The notes beneath the pieces were generated by a model that did no database searches, was not told the origin of the DNA, and worked only from the letters and a program-made list of their open reading frames with translations. A DNA stretch of 51,610 bases, taken from positions 1 to 51,610 of the forward strand of contig JAZRUZ010000049.1 of the NCBI GenBank assembly GCA_045598895.1, written 5' to 3'. Shown piece by piece: positions 28,370-37,009 of the stretch. The stretch is from Candidatus Onthoplasma sp. Lineage in GTDB: Bacteria > Bacillota > Clostridia > Christensenellales > UBA1242. Every line of letters starts with the position of its first letter. Position 1 is the first letter of the stretch. Position numbers and translations under genes: made by a program.

Positions 28370-29230
28370 ATGAAAAGTAAAACGCTAATTTTATCAAATA
28401 ATGACGATAAACGTGGAATTATAACACTAAATATAGAAGACCAAATTTTAAATTGCAGATTAAGACTATATGGTATAGAAAATCTTCCAAATTCGACAAA
28501 AATAGGTATTTACCACCAAGATAAAGTCTTTTCAGCAAATTTACTCTTCAAAGACAATGTTTACACGAGTTCACTAGCCGGAGACTTCGATATTGACAAA
28601 GATTTTTATATCGCTTTAATTGACACATTTGACGATAATAAACCAATAATAGCAGGTTCGACCTATAGTGGATACTTTGAAAACACCGATGTTTTTTCAT
28701 CTGTCACACCTAACAAATACGAATATGATGAAGACTGCGAAAACGATTGCGACAAATGTGTAAATTGTAAATATAAAGATTATTTCTATAACAATCAAAG
28801 CAAAGTTGAAAATAAAAAATTTATAGAAAAACAAGAAAATAAATTAATTGATAACGTTTTACAAAAAGAAACCGAAGAAAAAGACGAGAAACTAAACGAC
28901 AATATTGTGCTAGACACGTCTAACCTAAATGAACAATTTGACTATATCTTTTCTCATTTTCCTATGGACGAAACATTAAATAATCTAATAACCAACTCAA
29001 AATTCGTAAAAATCGATGAAAACAAGGACACATACTCAATAGGCGCAATATATGAAGAAGAAAAAATGAAATATATTTGCTACGCAAAACCAACCGACTA
29101 CAATGCCCCTGTGCCAGACGAACTAGGCAAACACTACCAATGGCTCCCTCTCGATAAAGACGACCCACTAAGCGACGGCTACTACATTGTCTTCCAAGAC
29201 GCAAAAGACCTAAAAATCGTCGAACTGTAA
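28370..29230 (+). CDS. Hypothetical protein with a Cys cluster
   Basis: CENDCDKCVNCKY; C-terminal WLPLD...GYYIVFQDA; upstream CATAATA resembles a sporulation -10. Confidence 0.7.
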   Translation: MKSKTLILSNNDDKRGIITLNIEDQILNCRLRLYGIENLPNSTKIGIYHQDKVFSANLLFKDNVYTSSLAGDFDIDKDFYIALIDTFDDNKPIIAGSTYSGYFENTDVFSSVTPNKYEYDEDCENDCDKCVNCKYKDYFYNNQSKVENKKFIEKQENKLIDNVLQKETEEKDEKLNDNIVLDTSNLNEQFDYIFSHFPMDETLNNLITNSKFVKIDENKDTYSIGAIYEEEKMKYICYAKPTDYNAPVPDELGKHYQWLPLDKDDPLSDGYYIVFQDAKDLKIVEL

Positions 29231-29321
29231 CACAAAGAATAATTTTTTATTTACGAAAACAAACAAAAAACTCTTGAGAAAGTTAAAAAAGACACTCTTT
29301 TTTAAGAATGTCTTTTTGTTT

Positions 29322-31562
29322 TTATTTATTTTTTGTATATACTTTAAAATTACCTTCTGTTCCGGTTAATGTAAAATTATTTGTTACATATTCTGGAACA
29401 GTCAAACTTGGGCTAATTTCAACCGTGTCAACATTTTCTAACATTGTAAAATCTATGATTGATGTATCTTCGACGAAAGTTTCATCTATTGTTAATTTTG
29501 TTAGTGAAGAGAATTTAGCCGAGTTATATGTGTAATTATTATTTGAGGTATAAAATCTAACTTCTTCACCATCAATATTCATTCCATTGATTTTATTATC
29601 TTTAACCTTATATTCAATTACGAAACTTGATTCTGGTGCAAAGGTTATTGTAACTTTAATGGTGTAATAATCGAAGTTTTCAACGGCTTCTATTTTACTA
29701 ATGTAATTAGTAACTTCAGGGATTATATGCAAACGATTTTTTACACGATAATCAAAAGCATCTTCTTCAATAACTGAAACATCTTCTGCATGAATATAAC
29801 AATTATCCACATCTTCTGCATTATAGTTTGCTGAATACATCAAATTTGTTCCACTTTTGTATAAATCTAAATATTCATAATTTTCAGTAGTCCAATGTAT
29901 AAAATTATTTGTTTTACTAAATTCAAACAATGTTCCATCATCATATTGCATTTTAGTGTTTGCTGACAATGTATTGTTGGCGACATCGTTAAGTATTGTT
30001 TTACCATCATTTAAGCTATTGTTTATTTGTTCTACCGTTTCTTTATATGGATGAGCAACAATATTAAAATCATCTATAGTTTTATTCCATTGAACAGCAC
30101 AATATCCAATACCATTATTGTTCCAATAAGTATTCCAACCAAAAGGAGCTGTAGATCTTTCACAATAAATTGTTAATTTACCATCACTATGAAATGGAGA
30201 GTTTGCCGGACCAAAAGGGGCTATTGTTAATATTGAAGACGGGAGATATATATATTCAAGATTTATACAATGAGCAAAGATAAGATCTCCAATAGTTGTA
30301 ATACCATTTAAAATTGTCACAACTTTTAAATTTGAACAATCTGCGAAAGCTCCCTGACCCATGTCAGTTACAGAATGTGGTATTGTTATACTTGTTAGTC
30401 CACCGCAACCTTCGAAAGCACTATATCCTATTTCAGTTACACTATTTGGTATTGTTACATTGATTAAACTGTCACAACTGTAGAATGCATAATTCCCGAT
30501 ATCTGTAACTCCTTGTGGAATATCAAAACTAGTAGCAGTTTTTCCTATTGCATATTGAATCAATTCTTTTCCATCTTTGGTGTATAAATTTCCATCAATA
30601 GATTTATAAGTATTATTAAATCCGCTAACAGTTATATTTGTTAAACTTGTACACCCACGAAAAGCTTGATAGCCAATGTTCGTTATGCAACTTGGTATTG
30701 TTACATTGATTAAATTTCCACAACCATAAAAAGCTTGATATCCAATAACGTTTGTTTCCGTTGATGGAATAACAAAACTAGTAGCAGTTTTTCCTATTGC
30801 ATATTGAATCAATTCTTCTCCATCTTTGGTATATAAATTTCCATCTATAGATTTATATGCATTATTAAATTCATTAACCGTTATATTTGTTAAACTTGTA
30901 CACCCACGAAAAACTTCTCTTCTAATGACCCGTACTCCACTAGAAATTACAACTCTTGTTAAAGTTGTACAGTCCATGAATGCGTCATCACCTAATGATG
31001 TTACACTACTAGGAATTACAACACTTGTTAAACCTGTACAATCTCTAAATGCATTGTCTTTTATACCAGTTATTTCATTGCTTATAACCAAATCGCCGTT
31101 TAATGAATTAAAATATGACCAAGCTCCATTGCCAACTATTTCATTATAATGATTAAAAGCACTGGTAAATTCTTCCTCAATTTCTTGCCAAGTTTTAACG
31201 CATTCTCCATTTTGATATAGACCATATTGTATTCTTGCTTCTAATACTACATCGCCACCAATAAAGTCAAAATTTACCACTTGTTTATTAGTACCTGAAA
31301 TATACCAACCAGAAAACACACTTTTATATTCATTTTTAATTGTTGGAATATTTGTTATCCATTCACCAGAATTTATAACAACCTCTTCAGTATAATTATT
31401 AAACAAATCTGGCACCCCACAATCAAAAGTCACTGTATACGTTTTTTCAATTTGTGTTTGCAACTCTGCCAATTTATCATCAGTAGAACAGCCAACTAAA
31501 CCAAATCCAGCACCAAGCACTAAACCAGATATTGCTAGAGTCTTTAATATTTTGTTTTTCAT
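29322..31562 (-). CDS. BspA-type leucine-rich-repeat lipoprotein
   Basis: LVGC lipobox; B-repeat-like (VTFD...FSGWY); multiple IPxSVTxIGxxAFxxCxxL repeats. Confidence 0.88.
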   Translation of the reverse strand: MKNKILKTLAISGLVLGAGFGLVGCSTDDKLAELQTQIEKTYTVTFDCGVPDLFNNYTEEVVINSGEWITNIPTIKNEYKSVFSGWYISGTNKQVVNFDFIGGDVVLEARIQYGLYQNGECVKTWQEIEEEFTSAFNHYNEIVGNGAWSYFNSLNGDLVISNEITGIKDNAFRDCTGLTSVVIPSSVTSLGDDAFMDCTTLTRVVISSGVRVIRREVFRGCTSLTNITVNEFNNAYKSIDGNLYTKDGEELIQYAIGKTATSFVIPSTETNVIGYQAFYGCGNLINVTIPSCITNIGYQAFRGCTSLTNITVSGFNNTYKSIDGNLYTKDGKELIQYAIGKTATSFDIPQGVTDIGNYAFYSCDSLINVTIPNSVTEIGYSAFEGCGGLTSITIPHSVTDMGQGAFADCSNLKVVTILNGITTIGDLIFAHCINLEYIYLPSSILTIAPFGPANSPFHSDGKLTIYCERSTAPFGWNTYWNNNGIGYCAVQWNKTIDDFNIVAHPYKETVEQINNSLNDGKTILNDVANNTLSANTKMQYDDGTLFEFSKTNNFIHWTTENYEYLDLYKSGTNLMYSANYNAEDVDNCYIHAEDVSVIEEDAFDYRVKNRLHIIPEVTNYISKIEAVENFDYYTIKVTITFAPESSFVIEYKVKDNKINGMNIDGEEVRFYTSNNNYTYNSAKFSSLTKLTIDETFVEDTSIIDFTMLENVDTVEISPSLTVPEYVTNNFTLTGTEGNFKVYTKNK
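30524..30912. repeat. Intragenic direct repeat of about 140 bp (30524-30663 and 30773-30912)
   Basis: Both copies encode FRGCTSLTNITV...YKSIDGNLYTKDGxELIQYAIGKTATSF; offset 249 nt. Confidence 0.85.
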
Positions 31563-31734
31563 TAGAAATCTCCTTATATAGTTTTTAGTATATACAATAC
31601 TTCATGAAAAATCAAGAGATTTACAAAATATATACAAAAAAGTCTATATTTTATATATTTTTAAGTTTCTATTGAAAACTTATATACTATTGAATTTGTG
31701 TCTTTATGTTTTAGAATAAATATAGAGGTTTAAT

Positions 31735-32037
31735 ATGGATTTGTTAGAAATAATAGAAAGAATAAGTACAATAAGAACAAAAGCAAACTTATCTGCTAGA
31801 GAATTAAGTTTACGTATTGGAAAAAATGAATCTTATATTAACAGATTAGAATATAGAAAAAATTTTGAACCATCAATCACTGTTATTTCACAAATAGCTG
31901 AAGTTTGTGGCTCGTCGTTGGAAGAAATGTTCTATTATGACATTAATCAATATTCAAGTGACAAAGAAATAATTTCATTACTTAAAAAATGTAACGATAA
32001 AAAGAAAAAAGCAATAATAGATTTATTAAATAGTTAA
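31735..32037 (+). CDS. XRE-family HTH transcriptional regulator
   Basis: LSARELSLRIGKNESYINRLE...PS; transcribed divergently from the LRR gene. Confidence 0.88.
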   Translation: MDLLEIIERISTIRTKANLSARELSLRIGKNESYINRLEYRKNFEPSITVISQIAEVCGSSLEEMFYYDINQYSSDKEIISLLKKCNDKKKKAIIDLLNS

Positions 32038-32097
32038 AAAACACTCGATAACTGAAGTTAACCCCATAAGGTCGCTTCATAATCTCGAGTATTTTTG
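32036..32097. terminator. Long bidirectional hairpin/terminator
   Basis: ACTCGA..TGAAG...CTTCA..TCGAGT flanked by A and T runs, between convergent genes. Confidence 0.6.
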
Positions 32098-32100
32098 TTT

Positions 32101-33492
32101 CTAATATTCGCAGTTGTTTGGAGTACGAGGGAAAGGAATTGCGTCACGAATGTTTTCAACACCTGTCAAGTACATTACTAACCTCTCAAAGCCCATACCG
32201 AATCCAGAGTGGACACAACTACCGAATTTTCTTAAATTTAAGAACCAATCTATCGGTTTAGTATCAACATTCATCTCCTTGCAACGAGACATAATCTTCT
32301 CATAATTCTCTTCACGTTGACTTCCACCCATAAGTTCGCCAGAACCTGGCACTTCAAGGTCTACAGCAGCAACTGTCTCGCCATCTTCGTTTAATTTCAT
32401 ATAATAGGCTTTAATATCTTTTGGCCAATTCTTAATAAACACAGGGCCACCGAAATGTTCAGTGAGCCACTTTTCGTGTTCCTTCGCAATGTCTTCGCCT
32501 TGTTTTGGCTCAAATTCCCATTTTACATTTGCCTTAATAAGTAAATCAATAGCGTCTTTATGGTCAATTCGAACAAACTTGCTATTTACCAATTTTTCTA
32601 ACTTTTCTCTTAAACCCTTTTCAACGAAACTAGATAAGAAATCAATTTCTTCATGGCAACTGTCAAGAACATATTTTACAACGAATTTAAGCATTTCTTC
32701 TTCGATGTCCATAAGTTCCTCAAGGTCACAGAAAGCAATTTCCGGTTCAATCATCCAGAATTCGTTAGCGTGTGTCTTTGTGTTGCTGTTTTCAGTTCTA
32801 AATGTTGGTCCAAATGTGTAAATTTTATTAAACGCAAGCGCAAAAGCCTCGCCGTGTAATTGTCCACTTCCGGTAATGTAAGATTTTTTACCGAAAAGGT
32901 CTTTTTCTACATCTAGTCCACCATTTTCATTGATAGGTGGATTTTCAAAATTAAGAGTTGTGATTTTAAACATTTGATCACTGCCTTCACAGTCGGTCGT
33001 AGTAATCAATGGGGTGTTTACATACACATAACCGTGATTTTGGAAATAGGTGTGAATTGCGATAGCCGCCACCGAACGCACTCTAAACACAGCGCTAAAC
33101 AAATTTGTTCTAGGACGAAGGTAAGCGAGTTCTCTTAAATATTCAAGCGTACTACCTTTCTTTTGAAGTGGATAAGTTGAATCTGTTTCGTTGAATACTT
33201 CTACATTTTCAGCCTCGATTTCGAAAGGTTGTTTCATCTCAGGAGTAAGTTTAACCTTGCCTGTAACGATAATTGTAGAACCTGTATTTAACTTTGAAAC
33301 CTTGTCGTAGTTATCTAATTTTTCAGCATTTAAAACAACTTGAACACCCTTAAAACATGTTCCGTCATTCAAGTCGATAAAACCAAAATTTTTCATGTCC
33401 CTTGCACTCTTTACCCAACCAGCCAAGGTAACAACTTGTCCATCTAAATCTTTATATTTAGATTTTAGTTCCTTAATATCTATTTTTAACAT
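32101..33492 (-). CDS. asnS: Asparagine--tRNA ligase
   Basis: FIDLNDGT, LRPRTN, YTFGPTFRTENSNT...EFWMIEPE, GGSQRE, GFGMGFER. Confidence 0.95.
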   Translation of the reverse strand: MLKIDIKELKSKYKDLDGQVVTLAGWVKSARDMKNFGFIDLNDGTCFKGVQVVLNAEKLDNYDKVSKLNTGSTIIVTGKVKLTPEMKQPFEIEAENVEVFNETDSTYPLQKKGSTLEYLRELAYLRPRTNLFSAVFRVRSVAAIAIHTYFQNHGYVYVNTPLITTTDCEGSDQMFKITTLNFENPPINENGGLDVEKDLFGKKSYITGSGQLHGEAFALAFNKIYTFGPTFRTENSNTKTHANEFWMIEPEIAFCDLEELMDIEEEMLKFVVKYVLDSCHEEIDFLSSFVEKGLREKLEKLVNSKFVRIDHKDAIDLLIKANVKWEFEPKQGEDIAKEHEKWLTEHFGGPVFIKNWPKDIKAYYMKLNEDGETVAAVDLEVPGSGELMGGSQREENYEKIMSRCKEMNVDTKPIDWFLNLRKFGSCVHSGFGMGFERLVMYLTGVENIRDAIPFPRTPNNCEY

Positions 33493-33506
33493 AACTTCTC
33501 CTTTAA

Positions 33507-34790
33507 TTATGGTGTCAACCTATCTGGTCCACGGAATAAGAACATCGCTTCTTTAAGATTGCTTAATTCCAATAAATTCATAGTGATTCTATCAAGTCCT
33601 ATGCCAAAACCACCATGTGGAGGACAACCATATTTAAAGAATTGAAGGTAGAACTCAACGTCTTTGTCAAGGCCTTTTTCTTCTGCCTGTTTCTTTAATA
33701 CGTCATATCTATGTTCTCTTTGTGCGCCTGTAGTAATCTCGACACCTTTCCACACTAAATCGTAACCTTGTGGAATTCCGTCTTTTCTCATATGGTAGAA
33801 GGCTCTCTTTCTTGGTCCAAAATCAGTTACGAATATAAACTCATGATTGAATTTATCTCTCGCTAAATCTTTAAGAAGTTTCTCGGCTTCAGTAGTCATA
33901 TCGTCCTGCTCTTCAATTGGACAAGTGTAACCATAACGAGCCTCTAATTCTTTATAAATTTCACTTAACTTCATTCTTGGGAAAGGAAGGGTTGGAACGA
34001 CAACATCTACACCAAAGACTTGTTTAATTTCTTCGCCGTATTTTTCACTGACTTTCTTTAATGTATATTGCAACATTTCTTCTTCCATAACCATTACATC
34101 TTCAAAATTTTCAATGTTTGAAAATTCAAGGTCAAAGCCGGTAAATTCAGTAGCATGTTTTCTAGAGTGAGATTTTTCAGCTCTAAACACAGGACCACAT
34201 TCGAAAATTCTACCGAGTCCACCTGCCATTGCCATTTGCTTGTAGAATTGTGGACTTTGCGCAAGGTAAGCAAAAGTATCAAAATATTTAACTTCGAAAA
34301 CTTCCGATCCACTTTCACTAGCAGTACCAATAAGTTTTGGAGAGTGAATTTCTACAAATTCTCTTTCACACAAAAACTCTCTCATTGCATTGGTAAATAA
34401 AGTTTGAACTTTGAACATCAATAAGTTTCTATCAGTTCTAAGGTCAAGCCAACGATAGTCTAGTTTGTAGTCAATTGTAGAGTCTTCAGCGATTGGATTA
34501 GGTTCAGCATGACTAGTCAGGACGCAAGTTTCCACTTGTACTTCTTTTCCGCCCATTTTTACATATTCACTTAACACCAATTCTCCACTTACTTTTACTG
34601 TTGCTCCTGGAACAACATGCAAAAATAAGTCAGCAATTTCAGGATATTTCTCTTTGTCTACAAATAATTGAATTTTACCTGAAAAATCTTTAAGAACAAC
34701 GAATTGCATACTCTTTTTGTCCCTAACTGTATCTACCATACCATGAAATTCTACATGTCCTGGCTCTAATTTTGAAATTTGACTAATCAT
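33507..34790 (-). CDS. aspS: Aspartate--tRNA ligase, short archaeal/eukaryal type
   Basis: 427 aa, no GAD insert; LDYRWLDLR, YLAQSPQFYKQ, FRAEKS, GAQREH, PPHGGFGIG. Confidence 0.92.
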   Translation of the reverse strand: MISQISKLEPGHVEFHGMVDTVRDKKSMQFVVLKDFSGKIQLFVDKEKYPEIADLFLHVVPGATVKVSGELVLSEYVKMGGKEVQVETCVLTSHAEPNPIAEDSTIDYKLDYRWLDLRTDRNLLMFKVQTLFTNAMREFLCEREFVEIHSPKLIGTASESGSEVFEVKYFDTFAYLAQSPQFYKQMAMAGGLGRIFECGPVFRAEKSHSRKHATEFTGFDLEFSNIENFEDVMVMEEEMLQYTLKKVSEKYGEEIKQVFGVDVVVPTLPFPRMKLSEIYKELEARYGYTCPIEEQDDMTTEAEKLLKDLARDKFNHEFIFVTDFGPRKRAFYHMRKDGIPQGYDLVWKGVEITTGAQREHRYDVLKKQAEEKGLDKDVEFYLQFFKYGCPPHGGFGIGLDRITMNLLELSNLKEAMFLFRGPDRLTP

Positions 34791-34920
34791 AATTTCTCCT
34801 TTTATGAATTTAATTTTTTAAAATTTATTTTAATAAAATTTAATGAGTAAAAGCAAATTATATCGTTCTTTGATCTTTTTTATACTTTAATCTTTTTAAG
34901 ATATAATTTCTCCTTAAAAA

Positions 34921-35110
34921 CAAAAAATCCTAATGTACTTTTCATACATTAGGACGAATAGGACTATCCGCGGTGCCACCTAAATTGCCACAAGGCCACT
35001 CTTTATTTAGATACGACTCCAAAGTGTCCTTCATTGCGCTTTCTAAAGTGGTTCTCACTATCCCACTCTCACTCAATAGCGTTTACACAACTACTCTCTT
35101 TATCAACATC
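34921..35110 (-). promoter_or_regulatory. T-box riboswitch, probable specifier GAC (Asp)
   Basis: T-box AATTTAGGTGGCACCGCG (34969-34986); stem I with AGTA and GAA-G-GAC-A (GAC at 35026-35028); terminator at 34922-34954. Confidence 0.9.
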
Positions 35111-35265
35111 TAAATATATTATAAAACCAAAAATTTTAAATGTCAACTCGAAAACTAAAACTTTGCATAAATTATTGACAAAATAATCTTAAATTGTTAG
35201 TATAATAATGCCAAGAATAATATAAATATCTTTAATAAAATTTAAGTAAGGAGATTCTTGTTTAG

Positions 35266-35613
35266 ATGTATGAAGCAGAACACGTAGACAATGGAGTTTT
35301 AATTGGATCAATATTGCTTTGTTTAGATGAAGGTAAATCATTGTCAAGTAACGACTTAATAAAAATACAAAAAAACATAAACTCATTAGATTCAAAAAAA
35401 GGCGCAGGGATTTGGCTAAATCCTAATTTAATTAAAGAGGAAACTGAGTTTTATCTAACGAACAAAATTTATTCTTTTAACAAAAAAGAAAAATCGTGGA
35501 TATTATTAAATAGAACAAAGGCTCAATACTATTGTGGTTTTGCTGTTGATAAAATATTATTGTCAGCAGTTCAAAAATCAATTATTGTTGAGACTGCATA
35601 TGTTACGTTATAA
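35266..35613 (+). CDS. Hypothetical protein
   Basis: 115-aa ORF; AAGGAG upstream; sigmaA-like promoter near 35175. Confidence 0.55.
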   Translation: MYEAEHVDNGVLIGSILLCLDEGKSLSSNDLIKIQKNINSLDSKKGAGIWLNPNLIKEETEFYLTNKIYSFNKKEKSWILLNRTKAQYYCGFAVDKILLSAVQKSIIVETAYVTL

Positions 35614-35747
35614 CTAAATCTAATTTAAAATTATGTATCGTAATGAAAAATAGACTTGGTAAGGAAAAACTAAGTAAATATCACCACTAATTGATGGAGG
35701 TTTATAATGGAAATTGGTTAGGTCTATGGGGCATCCAGCCCCAACAT

Positions 35748-35822
35748 GCTACTGTGGCTCAGAGGTAGAGCACCACCTTGGTAAGGTGGGAGTCGCGGGT
35801 CCGATTCCCGCCAGTAGCTCCA
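35748..35822 (+). tRNA. tRNA-Thr(GGT)
   Basis: GCTACTG...CAGTAGC-T-CCA; anticodon arm CCACC-TTGGTAA-GGTGG; T-loop TCCGATT. Confidence 0.93.
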
Positions 35823-35980
35823 TAAGAATTAGTGCGTGCACATATTTTTTTATGGAGATACGCCGTGGCAATATGTTGAATACCATGAAACATATTAAAG
35901 ACATTATCTCCATTTAAATAAAATTTATCTTAATTTAAAGGGAGATAGGTTAGGTCAATATTTTGAGTTCAACAAAATAT

Positions 35981-35999
35981 ATTCCCACCAGTAGCACCA
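35981..35999 (+). repeat. Imperfect copy of the tRNA-Thr 3' end (att-like)
   Basis: ATTCCCACCAGTAGCACCA versus ATTCCCGCCAGTAGCTCCA (17/19 identical). Confidence 0.7.
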
Positions 36000-36012
36000 A
36001 TTCAACATAAAG

Positions 36013-36042
36013 AAAAAGCAGGGTTTTAATCCTGCCTTTTTT
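36013..36042. terminator. Bidirectional terminator
   Basis: AAAAAGCAGG-gttttaat-CCTGCCTTTTTT. Confidence 0.75.
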
Positions 36043-36045
36043 ATT

Positions 36046-36963
36046 CTATTCGCTTAAAGCATTAGGTGGAAGTTCTGGAGTAATCTTATTATAAGTATAT
36101 GAGTATGAACAATAAACTCCACGATTTTCGCCCATATCGTAATAATAACTAAATTGAACGAGTTTCTTCTCCCTAAAAGACATCGTTACTTGATATTCAT
36201 AATTTTTATTTACAGTAAAGCAATACGCATTGATGGTCTCGTCAAAATTCCCTTTTAGTTTTGTCTCATATGTAATATTGTCTAAGATAGTTAACAAAGT
36301 AACAATAGATAAATCTTGAGGTCTCTTAAAATCTGACGTTTCTCCATCTTGCCATTCGTTGTCTTTAAAAATTCTTATATTGCCGTCTAAATTTTTATAA
36401 TATTCAATTTCTTCATAAATACCGTCATGGTTGTAATGTCTTAAAGTCTCAGACATATTTATAGTAGGTGAAAGATACATAATAACTTCATTTAACTGAA
36501 GAATGTTTTCAGTATACACAGAATAAAAATAATCAAATTGAACATATTCCTCATCTTCAAGATTGATTGCATCGTTAAATTCGTTAGCGCCAACTCTAAA
36601 TACATTGTTAGAATTTTTGTACAAAGCAGTAATAACAACATTGTCAGTGACTGTTAAGGTTAGAGTTGCCTTATTTTGAGTTTCGTCTGTTACATAAGTG
36701 TAATCACTTCCGTTAACGCATTCTTTATCACCAATCAAGACATAAATATCATCAGGAACGACATAGTAATCATTATAGTTTTCTTTAACATTTAAAGTTA
36801 AATTGACTTCACTTCCTTTAGAATAATTGCCAATATTGTTTAAGTCACAATAATCGCTTTTAAATATAAATGTGCAACTTGGCTTCGAATTCAGCGAACA
36901 TGCACTACATCCAAATAATAAAACTAAACACAATGCACTTATAATAAAATTTTTAATTTTCAT
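36046..36963 (-). CDS. Putative lipoprotein (start revised from 37026)
   Basis: AGGAG RBS before MKIKNF; LFGC lipobox; B-repeat-like beta domain. Confidence 0.7.
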   Translation of the reverse strand: MKIKNFIISALCLVLLFGCSACSLNSKPSCTFIFKSDYCDLNNIGNYSKGSEVNLTLNVKENYNDYYVVPDDIYVLIGDKECVNGSDYTYVTDETQNKATLTLTVTDNVVITALYKNSNNVFRVGANEFNDAINLEDEEYVQFDYFYSVYTENILQLNEVIMYLSPTINMSETLRHYNHDGIYEEIEYYKNLDGNIRIFKDNEWQDGETSDFKRPQDLSIVTLLTILDNITYETKLKGNFDETINAYCFTVNKNYEYQVTMSFREKKLVQFSYYYDMGENRGVYCSYSYTYNKITPELPPNALSE

Positions 36964-37009
36964 TTTTCTCCTTAAAATAAAACTAATTACAAAAACGATT
37001 TTTTCATAT

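Noticed and set aside
30524-30912. Repeat pair as DGR template/variable repeats
   Set aside because: Both copies are in-frame LRR units of one gene, and there is no reverse transcriptase in the window
32036-32097. Long hairpin as an RNA antitoxin
   Set aside because: No adjacent toxin gene; a bidirectional terminator explains it
34900-34916. Second AAGGAGAAATTAT RBS-like copy after the T-box terminator
   Set aside because: It is not followed by a start codon
35707-35721. MEIG* micro-ORF with a GGAGG RBS, echoed by EIG* at 35942-35953
   Set aside because: Too short, and the second copy has an in-frame stop just upstream with no start codon
35714-35917. 67-aa ORF from the track
   Set aside because: It overlaps tRNA-Thr and is a shadow ORF
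35717-35955. Two GTTAGGT (GTTRRRY) sites as integron attC cores
   Set aside because: No matching RYYYAAC inverse cores and no integron integrase
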